IMG/VR virus record: IMGVR_UViG_3300013121_000005
Coordinates: 96,001 to 160,000 of that record
Source: a virus
Lineage: Duplodnaviria; Caudoviricetes
Length of the DNA stretch: 64,000 bases
Strand: one strand, 5' to 3'
Shown here: positions 1 to 9,352 of the stretch, piece by piece
How the letters are laid out: every line of letters begins with the position of its first letter
Numbering within the stretch: position 1 is the first letter of the stretch
Notes under the pieces: model-generated
Told to the model about the DNA's origin: nothing
The model's input: the letters and a program-made list of their open reading frames with translations, nothing else
Database searches by the model: none
Translations under genes and position numbers: made by a program

Positions 1-10
1 TCGCTCATCA

Positions 11-39
11 ATAATCCTTCAATCACTCCTCTAGGGGTG
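11..39 (+). promoter_or_regulatory. candidate phage late promoter (ATCYYYYWRT-N11-GGGTG type)
   Basis: ATAATCCTTCAAT-N11-GGGTG resembles the motif before genes at 1737, 8335, 15508, 33830 and 61341. Confidence 0.4.
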
Positions 40-46
40 ATTGCTA

Positions 47-64
47 AGATGTAAATGTAGATGT
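47..64 (+). promoter_or_regulatory. AGATGT-AAATGT-AGATGT hexamer array in capsid-operon leader
   Basis: three tandem 6-nt units; the same unit type recurs at 10133, 22216 and 36347. Confidence 0.55.
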
Positions 65-102
65 GAAGAACCCAACTTTTTCCGCTCTCAGGAGAACTCA
101 AA

Positions 103-753
103 ATGAGCCTTCGCGGTCAAAGCTCGGGTGACTTCAAGGAAACGTCCGGCCGAGTTCATCTGTTTCATGTGGTTACCCGTAACTCTATGGGTGCCCTTAC
201 AGCAGATGCGTTTACCCAGGCAAATCCTGTCGTCTACACGAGCGCAAATCTCAAGAGTACCACTCTCGCCAACATTACAAAGGTTGGCGTGCTTGGTGGA
301 TCGGTCGCGTTTACGCGGCCTCAGGCAGGCAACAACCTCATTGGTGGGCCTTCGGTAACTGCGGGTCCCGTTTTCCTTGCAGGACAACGCCCCCTTGGCA
401 TCTTCCTTAATGATGCCGTGGGTAATGCCTATGAGAACACTCCCGGTCCGGCTTCCGGGCGTGGCGCTTACGTGTGCGGCTCCGGCTCCACAATTGGCGT
501 GACGATCTACGAGACCAAGATCCTTCAGGCCACGGGCCCTGGCAACGCAGGTGACAACCTCACCTACTCGGCAGGCGATCTGCTCTACGCTTCGGCGAAT
601 GGGCTCCTCACCAATAACCCCGATGACTCGTATGAGCAGCTCTTTGCGGCTGCCGCGTACGCTGCTGCATCTTGGGTTCCCACTATTGTCGGCGTTGTCA
701 AGGCAGCTCCCGACTCTAACACCCCCATGCTCGTGCTGGATCTCCGGATCTGA
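103..753 (+). CDS. head decoration / capsid cement protein
   Basis: 216 aa, AGGAG SD, immediately upstream of the major capsid gene; Gly/Ala-rich beta pattern (PLGIF..DA, YSAGDLLYASANGLLT, IVGVVKAAP) typical of beta-tulip decoration proteins. Confidence 0.7.
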   Translation: MSLRGQSSGDFKETSGRVHLFHVVTRNSMGALTADAFTQANPVVYTSANLKSTTLANITKVGVLGGSVAFTRPQAGNNLIGGPSVTAGPVFLAGQRPLGIFLNDAVGNAYENTPGPASGRGAYVCGSGSTIGVTIYETKILQATGPGNAGDNLTYSAGDLLYASANGLLTNNPDDSYEQLFAAAAYAAASWVPTIVGVVKAAPDSNTPMLVLDLRI

Positions 754-777
754 GCGGAAAGGTAAAAAGGCACGAAC

Positions 778-1650
778 ATGGTATCTAACGAAATTAAGCA
801 GCAGATCATCGGCGAGTACATCAAGACGGCCGCAGGTCGTGCGAAGCTCGCTGCTTCGATGGTCCAACCTCTTCGTAGTCGGCGTGACTACTCGGCAGTT
901 GGTCGTAAGACCTTCCTTGTTGAGCAGCTACCCGATAGCGCGATTCCAATCTACGACAAGGACCCGGATGTCACGGCCTATGTCGTTGGTGAGGAAGGCG
1001 AGAACATCCTGGCGATCCAGAAGCCGCGTCGCGTGATCTTCCCCCTGTTCGAGATCGCCTCGAACCCGGAGATCCCGCTCACGCAGATCAAGGAGCGTCG
1101 GTTCGACCTGATCGAGCGTTCGCAAGACCTTGCGAAGGCTCAGATCCAGGCGGCAGAAGACGAGCGTGTGTTCGCGGTCCTCGACAGCATCGCTGTCTCG
1201 GGCTTCGATACCCTCCCCGGCCAGACGAACCCCGACATCAACGTCGTGGCTCCGATCTCGCCGTCGGTCCTCGCGGACGCCTTCGCCGAAGTGGAGCGTC
1301 ACGACCTTCGGGTTGCCCGCATCTACATGAACGCGACGGACTACGCGGACATCCGCAAGTTCGGCCGGGACATCCTCGACATCGAGTCGCAGGCGGTCCT
1401 CCTCAAGACGGGCCTCCAGGCCACGCTTTGGGGCGCCCAGATCATCACGAGCCGCCTGGTTCCGGCCGGGTTCGTGTACATCTGTGCGGAGCCTGAGAAC
1501 TTCGGTCGGTTCCCGGTCCGTACGGAACTGACGGTCCTTTCGGCGGATGACCCGAAGGCCCGCACCATCGGCTTCTCGTGCTTCGAGAACATCGGTATCG
1601 GTGCCTTCAACCCACGTGGTCTCACGCGGTTGGTTGTCACTCGTCTCTGA
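778..1650 (+). CDS. major capsid protein (HK97 fold, short, encapsulin-sized)
   Basis: 290 aa; VGEEGE, FDLIERSQDLAKAQIQAAEDERVF long helix, IYMNATDYADIRKF, LWGAQIITSRLVPAG and ENIGIGAFNPRG fit the HK97-fold pattern; strong C/G third-position codon bias; followed by a terminator. Confidence 0.85.
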   Translation: MVSNEIKQQIIGEYIKTAAGRAKLAASMVQPLRSRRDYSAVGRKTFLVEQLPDSAIPIYDKDPDVTAYVVGEEGENILAIQKPRRVIFPLFEIASNPEIPLTQIKERRFDLIERSQDLAKAQIQAAEDERVFAVLDSIAVSGFDTLPGQTNPDINVVAPISPSVLADAFAEVERHDLRVARIYMNATDYADIRKFGRDILDIESQAVLLKTGLQATLWGAQIITSRLVPAGFVYICAEPENFGRFPVRTELTVLSADDPKARTIGFSCFENIGIGAFNPRGLTRLVVTRL

Positions 1651-1670
1651 TAGGCTGAGGGACTAAAGGT

Positions 1671-1712
1671 TAGAGGGCTACTCTGGAAACAGGGTAGCCC
1701 TCTAGCTTTTTC
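1671..1712 (+). terminator. intrinsic terminator after capsid gene
   Basis: TAGAGGGCTACTCTG-GAAA-CAGGGTAGCCCTCTA stem-loop followed by GCTTTTT. Confidence 0.9.
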
Positions 1713-1734
1713 TTCTTGTACCTTGACATGGGTA
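1711..1734 (+). promoter_or_regulatory. candidate late promoter giving a near-leaderless mRNA
   Basis: TCTTCTTGT-N11-GGTA; ATG at 1737 follows 2 nt later with no SD. Confidence 0.45.
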
Positions 1735-1736
1735 AG

Positions 1737-2339
1737 ATGCCTAACATTCTCTACCCCTCTGGTATGGTTGGTGACCTAACAATGAACCCTGGGTTACCTA
1801 TGGTGGGCGTAGGTATGGCCCCTACGCTTGTAACCCAACCCTTGCCTGGGTTGGGTTTTGCCTCAAGTGGTCTTGGAAAGACCTCTGTGTCTACGCTTAC
1901 GGGACGTCAGGGGGCTTTGGAGGTGTGGCTCACGACGGGAGCTACTGGTTCGGCTAGGTCTGTAGTTGTATTGAGTGACGGGGGGGCGAATTACCTAGAG
2001 GTTCTTTTGGACGCTAACAATAGAGTTAGCCTCATCCATAAGAATGACGCAGGGGTGACTATCGCAGCTCTAACTTCGCAGTACTCGGCTGAGGCTTCAG
2101 GGGTTCGGATGCGTCTTCGGTACACCTGGGATTCAACCAAGGCGATTGATGGTTCTCGATTCGCTTTGTTCCGTAAAAATGGGGAGGCTGCTAGTACTTG
2201 GGCAACAGACCCCACTTCAGTGTGGTCTGGGTTTTACCCTACGGTTGTCTATCTTGGGGTTGGTGGGATCGGCACCGGGACGTCTTTTAACGGGTCCATC
2301 GATAAGGTTCAGGTTGGAACTCAAGTAGTTCTGGTGTAA
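1737..2339 (+). CDS. beta-sandwich (LamG/concanavalin-like) virion-associated protein
   Basis: ORF 1716..2339, start moved to ATG 1737; GALEVW..., RYTWDS, VYLG...FNGSIDKVQV resemble LamG-like domains. Confidence 0.5.
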   Translation: MPNILYPSGMVGDLTMNPGLPMVGVGMAPTLVTQPLPGLGFASSGLGKTSVSTLTGRQGALEVWLTTGATGSARSVVVLSDGGANYLEVLLDANNRVSLIHKNDAGVTIAALTSQYSAEASGVRMRLRYTWDSTKAIDGSRFALFRKNGEAASTWATDPTSVWSGFYPTVVYLGVGGIGTGTSFNGSIDKVQVGTQVVLV

Positions 2340-2348
2340 ACAGGGGTT

Positions 2349-2894
2349 ATGCCGCCTGACAACAGTAAGTTTGTGACCCCGTTGAGTCTTCTTGCCGAAA
2401 CGCTCCATCTCTTTGGTAAGGCTGTCTCGTCAGACAGTCTCACAAAGGTTAAGTACGAGTTTTTTCATTCGGGAACAGATTTGGCATCTTTCCCTATGTG
2501 GACCTTCTCGGTCACCCTTAGGTGTCTCAAGGGTATTATTCCTCAGGAAGAGGGGAACTCTCATGAGGATACCCACTATGTGCGTACTTGGGAGGGGGAG
2601 GGGGATACAGAGTCGGAAGCCTTTGATAGTGCGGTTGCCCAAGTAAGGAGGGACCTTCATAATTATCGGCTTACCCGAGCTGCTGAGCTTGAGTACCTTA
2701 GTCAAGCGGAAGGTTTGTTGAATGCGGCAGATAAGGGTGAATGGAAGACTCCTCATCCTGGTCTTTGGCGTAGGGCTCCAGAGGATCCCCCAAAGGACGT
2801 TCTTGAGGCTCTTTGGATCCCCACCCCCCCAGAGGTAACCTCAGCTCCTCCAGAGGAGGGTTCGACTCCAAGTGAGTCCCCAGAGGCTTCGTGA
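2349..2894 (+). CDS. hypothetical protein
   Basis: 181-aa ORF in the gene-dense + strand run; acidic/Pro-rich tail. Confidence 0.6.
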   Translation: MPPDNSKFVTPLSLLAETLHLFGKAVSSDSLTKVKYEFFHSGTDLASFPMWTFSVTLRCLKGIIPQEEGNSHEDTHYVRTWEGEGDTESEAFDSAVAQVRRDLHNYRLTRAAELEYLSQAEGLLNAADKGEWKTPHPGLWRRAPEDPPKDVLEALWIPTPPEVTSAPPEEGSTPSESPEAS

Positions 2895-3089
2895 AATGAC
2901 TGCCCTTTAATGGCTCTTTGGGGTATGTCTTTGGTGATCCTCCTCTTGCCCAAAGTGCTCAGTGGAGATTTGTTTACTCTACTGTGATTTTTTTCTGGCT
3001 TAAGTGTAGTAGGTGGGTTAAATTGACCCTCTCTCGGGGGCACTCGCCTCATTGACGTCAAGATCAAAAGTAACTCAGAAGGAACCAAG

Positions 3090-3419
3090 ATGACTAAGAC
3101 TCAATTGATTGCGGATTTGGCAGCAGAGATGCCTGGAACCACCAAGACCCATGTCAGGGCATTCCTGAATGCCCTGGAGGCTGTCGCAGCGAAGACGCTC
3201 AAGGCTAAGGACGGCAAGTTCATGATCCCTGGGATTTTGAAGATTCTTGTCGTGAAGGTTAGCCCAAAGCCTGAGCGAAAGGCCCGGAACCCTGCAACAG
3301 GCGCGGTCATGACTGTTCCTGCAAAGGCCGCAGGTAAGCGACTGAAGGCCCGTTTCCTGAAGCGACTGAAGGTGGCTGCGGGGCAGATCCCTCAGCCTGA
3401 GGGTCGCAAGAAGAAGTGA
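3090..3419 (+). CDS. hup: HU/IHF-family DNA-binding protein
   Basis: MTKTQLIADLA...FMIPGILKI...RKARNPATG..MTVPAK..LKARF is the HU signature; AAGGA SD. Confidence 0.9.
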   Translation: MTKTQLIADLAAEMPGTTKTHVRAFLNALEAVAAKTLKAKDGKFMIPGILKILVVKVSPKPERKARNPATGAVMTVPAKAAGKRLKARFLKRLKVAAGQIPQPEGRKKK

Positions 3420-3436
3420 CACTCCCTAAAGGGGGC

Positions 3437-3479
3437 AAAGCAGCAACGGCTCTCTTGGACCCGTTGCTGCTTTTCATTT
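3437..3479 (+). terminator. intrinsic terminator after HU gene
   Basis: AAAGCAGCAACGG-loop-CCGTTGCTGCTTTT followed by CATTT. Confidence 0.85.
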
Positions 3480-3498
3480 AAACCACTGCTGTCAAGGG

Positions 3499-3981
3499 GT
3501 GGTTATGTCTGGTCTAATTGATCTTCCAGTTCCGGACCTGAGGGGCACGTACTTCATTTTGGTGGAGCCTGATGTAGTACGAGTTGGGTCAGGTAACCTA
3601 AGTGTTCGATGGATGCGTCGGTTACGAACTTCAACGCATCGTCGAATTGCATTGTTGGCGTGGTCAAACTACCCGCAAAAGAGCCCTCAGCTATCTTTTG
3701 GGGAGGATTGGATTACAGGGGAGTTTTTCTGGCTCTCTGCTAACCTACTTACTCACATCAACAAGTGTAGAGTTTCGGCTGGATTTCCATCTGTTGAGGA
3801 GTTTGAGCTTTGGGAGTTCGGGGTACCAATTTCACCTCAGGCTCAAGTTGTGCTTTCTGCGGAAGAACAGGCTAAACGAGGTCGGTTCCATACTCATGTA
3901 CGGTGGCATACTCACAAGCCTAACTCAGCTTGTGAGTTTTGTGTTGCCTCAGAGCCCGTAGGACCCCTGAAGTCTTTATAG
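3499..3981 (+). CDS. degenerate GIY-YIG (T5orf172/MUG113-like) endonuclease-related protein
   Basis: TYFI..PDVVRVG...R..RLRT....IALLA...GEFF fits the T5orf172 pattern; C-terminal HxRWH..CEFC metal motif. Confidence 0.5.
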   Translation: MVMSGLIDLPVPDLRGTYFILVEPDVVRVGSGNLSVRWMRRLRTSTHRRIALLAWSNYPQKSPQLSFGEDWITGEFFWLSANLLTHINKCRVSAGFPSVEEFELWEFGVPISPQAQVVLSAEEQAKRGRFHTHVRWHTHKPNSACEFCVASEPVGPLKSL

Positions 3982-4030
3982 GGCCCCTATGGGTAGTGGG
4001 GGGCTTTCTTTCCCTTCCCGCAGGAGCACT

Positions 4031-5236
4031 ATGGAGACCAATCAGATCAGATACCGTACTGGGCAACAATTGACCTTCTTGGCAACAAAGAGTTTTGCCC
4101 TCGGGAATACCGGGTATACGATTATGGAGGGGCAAGAGGTTCTCTTCGATGGTACCAATGTCGAGGTAGGGGGGAATAAGTTTTCGCTCCCTTCTCTTCG
4201 TGGGGCGGTTAGAATGGGGTGGTTGGTCCCCCCTGAGGACTATGATGCAGCGATGGACAACCCTCGTCCTGCTGTGGCTGCCAACATTCAGGTGCGTTCG
4301 GCTAATGACCTTGGTCAGAATCCTATGCAGCCTGTGAGACGAGCTGCAATTGTGACTACTGCGACGGATGAGCATGTGATCATGAATAGGGCGGCGCGGG
4401 CTGAGGCTGCTGCGGATCAAACTCATTTTGTTCGAGGGGGTCGAGGGATGGAAACCCATGCTAGTTCGGAGGGGGTTCCAGTTGCGCGAACCCTTCTGAC
4501 GCGGGCTCGATCAGAGACCCAGGTAACCCCGGATACAGTTGGTCAGGCTATTCTTGCAGCCGACAAGGTTAAGGTCCAGCCCGGACAAGGAATCTCTGAG
4601 GATGAGATGCTGCGCCGGATGTCTGAAGAGGACCGTGCCAAATATGTTGAGGAAAAAGCGCTCCGTAGGGAGGAGGTACTGAGTCGCACAAAAGACTATT
4701 CTCTGCCCCCAGCTCAGACAACCAATCTTGCGGCCTACAATAACTCAACTCAAGTTGTGGCAAGGGTCCCGCCGCAGCGAGCGAAGGTTACTGAGACGGA
4801 GGGGGCCAGGGTGTCTTTTTCTGTTGGAGGGGGCACTGAAATTGCTGACTTTACCGGTAGCTCTGAAAAGCCGCCTCAGGAGAGTATGGTTACGGCCGAG
4901 GGGATGACATTTCGGAACACCAATGGGCCAAAGGTTGCATTTCAGGCTCAAGCTCAAGTAGAGCCTAAGCCCCAAGCTGCTGAGCCTAAGCCCCAAGCTG
5001 AGGAGTCTCGGATTGACAAGGATGGGACTGCGGAGGCCAGAAAGCAGATTGCAAAGACTCTCTGCAAAGACTTTCCTGATGAGTACAGCTTTGCGGATCA
5101 TTGGAAGCGACGGCTAGCAATGATCCGGTTGCACTACGAGGGTCGATATGATGTGATTCGTGCGATTTTCGCTGCTGAGTCGGATGACTTCAAGCGAACC
5201 CTTCTTGAGGAGTTCCCCGAGGCGTTTCGTTCGTAG
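4031..5236 (+). CDS. hypothetical protein (~400 aa)
   Basis: ORF 3989..5236; AGGAG SD supports ATG 4031; contains a 21-bp EPKPQA duplication at 4961-5000. Confidence 0.7.
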   Translation: METNQIRYRTGQQLTFLATKSFALGNTGYTIMEGQEVLFDGTNVEVGGNKFSLPSLRGAVRMGWLVPPEDYDAAMDNPRPAVAANIQVRSANDLGQNPMQPVRRAAIVTTATDEHVIMNRAARAEAAADQTHFVRGGRGMETHASSEGVPVARTLLTRARSETQVTPDTVGQAILAADKVKVQPGQGISEDEMLRRMSEEDRAKYVEEKALRREEVLSRTKDYSLPPAQTTNLAAYNNSTQVVARVPPQRAKVTETEGARVSFSVGGGTEIADFTGSSEKPPQESMVTAEGMTFRNTNGPKVAFQAQAQVEPKPQAAEPKPQAEESRIDKDGTAEARKQIAKTLCKDFPDEYSFADHWKRRLAMIRLHYEGRYDVIRAIFAAESDDFKRTLLEEFPEAFRS

Positions 5237-5301
5237 CTCCTTACATATTTCTCTTGTAGCCCTGCTCATCTTGCAATGGGTATGGCTAGCAGTTTGAGGT
5301 C

Positions 5302-5340
5302 AAGGGTAGGTCTGCATAGCACAGACCTACCCTTTGTTTG
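5302..5340 (+). terminator. terminator/attenuator-like hairpin
   Basis: 13-bp perfect stem AAGGGTAGGTCTG/CAGACCTACCCTT then TGTTTG, directly before the next SD. Confidence 0.75.
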
Positions 5341-5355
5341 TCTGGAGGTAGTCAA

Positions 5356-6342
5356 GTGACCACGGAGAAAGAAGCGGGGGCTCTCGTATACCTCCAGGAG
5401 GAGCTTACAGATGCTCGTATGCGCTGTGACCAGCTCAAACGTCTTGTGGACAAGGCGGTGAGATTGATCGCAAAGTCTACTCATAGAGACCACTTCTACG
5501 AGGTGGCTGGAGACATCATTTACGGACTCCCGGACACTCTCTTTCGTTTGGACAAGGCTCTTGATGCTACGGCGCTTGCTGCTTCTCGTCTGGATTACGA
5601 GGAGCTGAAGCAGCAATTAAGGCCAGAGAAAGTTGAGGAGTTGGAATTGGCCCTTAAAGATGTTCGGATTAGGCATCTTGATCGTCGTTCTCCAAATCTT
5701 CAACCCCAACCTGTTGCCCCCCAACCTATTGCCCCCCAGAATGGAAAGTTAGCCATGTTGAGACTTGCTTCGACCAACTTCGTTTCAGCGGCGCTTCGCG
5801 GTCTTGCTGACTACATCGACGATAACCCTTCGCCTAACCGTCATGTCATCATCGGGGGCCTTCATCGGGTCAAGATGGCGCTTTCACAGACGGCTCAAGA
5901 GGCAGTAGAAGCGATGGGTCCTCTTCAGGCTTCTTCGCGTGAGGATGTCATGGAGGGTTTCAAGAAAGCTAACCCTTCTCTCTCGTCGGAACAGCTTGAA
6001 GAGATTGCGGATCATTGGGAAGCGAACAAGGATGTAGTCAAGGACAAGCAAGCTCACGTTAGCAAGCTGGCTAGCTATCCAAAGGATTGGACTATGACTC
6101 GTCGAATGAACCAGCTTTATGCTGACTTCAAGGGGGATGTGGAGAATGCCCTCAAGGACATGGAGCCCCAGCCTGGGGTTGCACGGAAGGTAAAGTTGGT
6201 TTGGGCTCCTCAGAGTTCTGGCTTTTCGTGGTTGGTTGTCAGTATGGAAGACGCCAACGGGGAAAGTAAGACATTCAAGTTGCTTCCAAGTGAGCCCAAT
6301 GTTGTCGCAGGGGACATTCTGTTCAAGTATGGGGGCTACTGA
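5356..6342 (+). CDS. putative internal head protein (multi-module)
   Basis: GGAGG SD before GTG 5356; helical modules separated by KEA, KLA, KMA and KQA motifs. Confidence 0.6.
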   Translation: MTTEKEAGALVYLQEELTDARMRCDQLKRLVDKAVRLIAKSTHRDHFYEVAGDIIYGLPDTLFRLDKALDATALAASRLDYEELKQQLRPEKVEELELALKDVRIRHLDRRSPNLQPQPVAPQPIAPQNGKLAMLRLASTNFVSAALRGLADYIDDNPSPNRHVIIGGLHRVKMALSQTAQEAVEAMGPLQASSREDVMEGFKKANPSLSSEQLEEIADHWEANKDVVKDKQAHVSKLASYPKDWTMTRRMNQLYADFKGDVENALKDMEPQPGVARKVKLVWAPQSSGFSWLVVSMEDANGESKTFKLLPSEPNVVAGDILFKYGGY

Positions 6343-6345
6343 GGC

Positions 6346-7182
6346 GTGCAAGTTCTTCGCCCACCCTACGGTACAGCGGGAGGCCCAGCGCTTTCGGAGT
6401 CCAAGCTCCCAAGCGGCGACCCTGCTGGGAAGGGGATCTCTCTTGACCCGGAGATCCCTGGGGCGGCGACGTATGCCAAACCTTCCCAGGAAGGGCCCCG
6501 GGAGCCCCCGAAGAACGACCAGTCGATGTACCATGTCGACAACGCGGACGACCTTTTGAAAGGTCAGGGGCGAGGTGACGAGATCGATCACCAGTATGCG
6601 AAGCCGAACTACAATGGGTTGGGGGTACGTCCAGATAACGACTACTCGAAGACGAAGTACCCGTATCGGGACGGCATCCCCAACCGGCACAATGCGAGCA
6701 TCATTGCTACGGTTACTCAGTTATGGCTTCTTCGGACGTCCCATGAAGTTCCAGTAGCATTCTCTGGGCCTGTTAAAGTTGCGGTTCGGCTTTCGGAGAT
6801 CGAACAAGGTCTCAACCCTAAGGTTCGTGACCGAGCAAGCACCTGTAAGGCTACCCTCAAGCGAGCAGACGTTAGAAACCTTCGTTGGATCTTCTCAGTT
6901 GATTGTGGCAATGGGCCTAAGATGGTCAGGTTGAAGGCCCAACGAAAAGGGCGGGTGGTTGCTCTTTCCAAGATGGACCTACACTTTTCTTGTTCCTGTC
7001 CTGCTTGGCGTTGGCTTGGTTCCGAGTTTCATGCCAAGGAGGAGACGTATCTTGACGGTAAGCCAAGAGGAACAGCCTCCCCTCCAGATATCAAAGATCC
7101 TCAACGTGTAAATCGGGTTTGTAAGCATGTTGCGGCAGTGCTTACTCAAGTTCGCTCGTGGGAAATTCCTACATCTAGATGA
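6346..7182 (+). CDS. SWIM zinc-finger protein with N-terminal extension
   Basis: FSCSCPAW...VCKHVAAVL = CxC...CxH SWIM motif. Confidence 0.75.
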   Translation: MQVLRPPYGTAGGPALSESKLPSGDPAGKGISLDPEIPGAATYAKPSQEGPREPPKNDQSMYHVDNADDLLKGQGRGDEIDHQYAKPNYNGLGVRPDNDYSKTKYPYRDGIPNRHNASIIATVTQLWLLRTSHEVPVAFSGPVKVAVRLSEIEQGLNPKVRDRASTCKATLKRADVRNLRWIFSVDCGNGPKMVRLKAQRKGRVVALSKMDLHFSCSCPAWRWLGSEFHAKEETYLDGKPRGTASPPDIKDPQRVNRVCKHVAAVLTQVRSWEIPTSR

Positions 7183-7195
7183 ATAGGAAAGTCAG

Positions 7196-7609
7196 ATGCC
7201 TACATATCAGATTGAATGTCTTGAGTGCGGTAAAGTTCGGGATGAGCGTCTCACCTATTCTGAGTATGATCAGGTGAAAGCTGGGACCATGGAGCTTACC
7301 TGCAACGTCTGTCACCTTCGTGCCGTCATTGGATTTACCCCCGGTAACCTTGGATTTGTTCTGAAAGAGGGGGTGTCTGGGGGGTGGGTTAGCAAGTCTG
7401 GTAAAGAGAATGCCTATCGTGCTAAGCGGCGAGAGGAGATGGCTCGGCGGGAGAGAGACCACGTTTTTAAGCCCACGCTCCAGGCTAACTACGAGGGTAT
7501 CGAAACGGGTTCGTGGAGAGAGGCTCAAGAAATGGCTCGGCGGGAGAAGGGTGAGGCGTCTGCGGCTACCTATGATCCTCTTGTTACCCAGGAAAGGGTG
7601 ACCCCATGA
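7196..7609 (+). CDS. FmdB-like zinc-ribbon protein
   Basis: MPTYQIECLECG...CNVC. Confidence 0.7.
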   Translation: MPTYQIECLECGKVRDERLTYSEYDQVKAGTMELTCNVCHLRAVIGFTPGNLGFVLKEGVSGGWVSKSGKENAYRAKRREEMARRERDHVFKPTLQANYEGIETGSWREAQEMARREKGEASAATYDPLVTQERVTP

Positions 7610-7622
7610 AGGATGGATTTAC

Positions 7623-8267
7623 ATGAGCGTCCCCCGTCGATTTTCAGTCCTCCGTAGGGCTCCTGGGCTGATTGACATCATCACGCCACTTCGTCCTGTT
7701 TCGGAAGGAGTTGAGCAGTATAGACTTAAGGCGGACACCTCTCCGACTGGTGCTTTTGCTACAACTGTGATGACGGTCCCAAGGACTGGGAAGATTGACC
7801 CAGCTTTTCAAGGACCTCAGACTGTTATCCAGCAAGGTGAGAATGTCCGGATGGTGTTCAAACCATCTGATTACACCCTTTCTGATGATGCTCTTTGGTT
7901 GAAGCTTGTTTACATCAATGCGGCAGTTGCGGAGATGGTTTCGCCTACTCCAAGTGCTCCGACATTGGTTTTGCCTCCATTCACAGGGCCCGGTCTGTTT
8001 GGGTTTACAGCCACAGCTTCCGTAGGGGCGAGTTTTGCGAACTCCCTACAAATTGATTTGCCCCGAGCTATGGAGAGTATCCGAGTGATGAACAATGATG
8101 GGGCTAACCCACTGTTCGTAGCTTTTGATGGTGGGGGTCCAGAAATCAAGATCCCAGCAGGTAAGGACCTCATTGGGTACCTTGGAAATGCTGCTTCTAT
8201 TTTTGTGCGTACCACAGGTGGACCTGCTGAGTTTACAGCTACGTTTGCTTACGCTTTCCCCCGTTAG
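7623..8267 (+). CDS. putative virion structural protein (beta-rich)
   Basis: 214 aa, beta-strand-rich, in the late cluster. Confidence 0.55.
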   Translation: MSVPRRFSVLRRAPGLIDIITPLRPVSEGVEQYRLKADTSPTGAFATTVMTVPRTGKIDPAFQGPQTVIQQGENVRMVFKPSDYTLSDDALWLKLVYINAAVAEMVSPTPSAPTLVLPPFTGPGLFGFTATASVGASFANSLQIDLPRAMESIRVMNNDGANPLFVAFDGGGPEIKIPAGKDLIGYLGNAASIFVRTTGGPAEFTATFAYAFPR

Positions 8268-8334
8268 GGGTGGATACGGTTCTCTCTCTTGATCTTCTTA
8301 TGTGCTGTGTTCGATGAACAAGGAGTGATGAGGA

Positions 8335-8964
8335 ATGCTGAGGCTCACCCATACCCAGGTTGCGCAGAGTGCGCTGTACATCCCCGATATCGATAGCGGT
8401 CTTCCTCGTAGGACTGCTCGGCGTGGCATTGGTGATCCAAAGCGGTACGAGACTGATGGTTCTGTACTGTCTGGCTCGGACAGGAGCACTAAGCCTGGTA
8501 TCAACTACAACAAGCAGAAGTGCTATGTCCCTCGGGTTAAGCCGGGGGAAACTTCAATTGCTGGGTACATTGATATCGTAGAGAGCGATGCGGTTCTGAT
8601 GTCCCAGTCTCGTGGGACAATCAAGGGCCTCCAGACGGCCGGGCACCTGACGGTCACGTCTTTTGTCTCTACCGATGTGGCTGCTCCGACTCTGACTTTG
8701 GCTGACTTTGGGGCGCCTGGAGTTGCCGACCTGACCCTCACGGGTACAAATTTCACCTCCCTTGCTCCAGACATCACTACGGTCATTATCACGGGTACTG
8801 GAGCAGTCACTCTTACTCAAGCGCAGATCATTGCAGGTGGAGGCTCAGTTGCAGCTACCTCAATTGTAATCCCTGCGGCTTTGGTACCAGGTATCAACGT
8901 CACGGTGTCTTCGGCTCAGGTTCGAGCTGATGGGCAGCTTTCTGCTGTTGTTGTGATGACGTGA
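8335..8964 (+). CDS. virion protein with C-terminal IPT/TIG-like Ig domain
   Basis: APTLT...LTLTGTNF...; C-terminal domain paralogous to that of 9353..10114. Confidence 0.6.
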   Translation: MLRLTHTQVAQSALYIPDIDSGLPRRTARRGIGDPKRYETDGSVLSGSDRSTKPGINYNKQKCYVPRVKPGETSIAGYIDIVESDAVLMSQSRGTIKGLQTAGHLTVTSFVSTDVAAPTLTLADFGAPGVADLTLTGTNFTSLAPDITTVIITGTGAVTLTQAQIIAGGGSVAATSIVIPAALVPGINVTVSSAQVRADGQLSAVVVMT

Positions 8965-8974
8965 GTGTAAAAAC

Positions 8975-9328
8975 GTGGCGCTACTTGATTTGTTGGAGCA
9001 AGAGGCGGGAGCCTTCAAGCAGGTTGACAATCGTTGGCGACCACAGAACCTTTTGTTTGAGTTGCAAATGACGGAGTTAATGAACGATATGACCCGACGA
9101 TTTCTTCGTCTGAAGGAATCGGAGAAAGAGCTGAAGACGCTCGATCGGGCTGAGTTGTTCATTAAGCACCTTCGGCGGATGGGTCTTATCCTTAAGCGTG
9201 CGAACTTCGTTCGCCGGACTAATGACCTAGCGTTCGTTCAAGCCGTTTCAGACTTCTATGCGGCTTACGGAGAGGTGTTGCGTTACCTCAAAATTGATCA
9301 GGCAAGAGGTCAGTTACAGCCCGGCTAG
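8975..9328 (+). CDS. hypothetical helical protein
   Basis: 117-aa ORF filling the gap between two structural genes. Confidence 0.55.
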   Translation: MALLDLLEQEAGAFKQVDNRWRPQNLLFELQMTELMNDMTRRFLRLKESEKELKTLDRAELFIKHLRRMGLILKRANFVRRTNDLAFVQAVSDFYAAYGEVLRYLKIDQARGQLQPG

Positions 9329-9352
9329 GGTGGTATTTCAGGAGGACTTACA

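Noticed and set aside
778-1650. cellular encapsulin operon
   Set aside because: adjacent decoration gene and a full tail module support a viral capsid; only the analogy is kept
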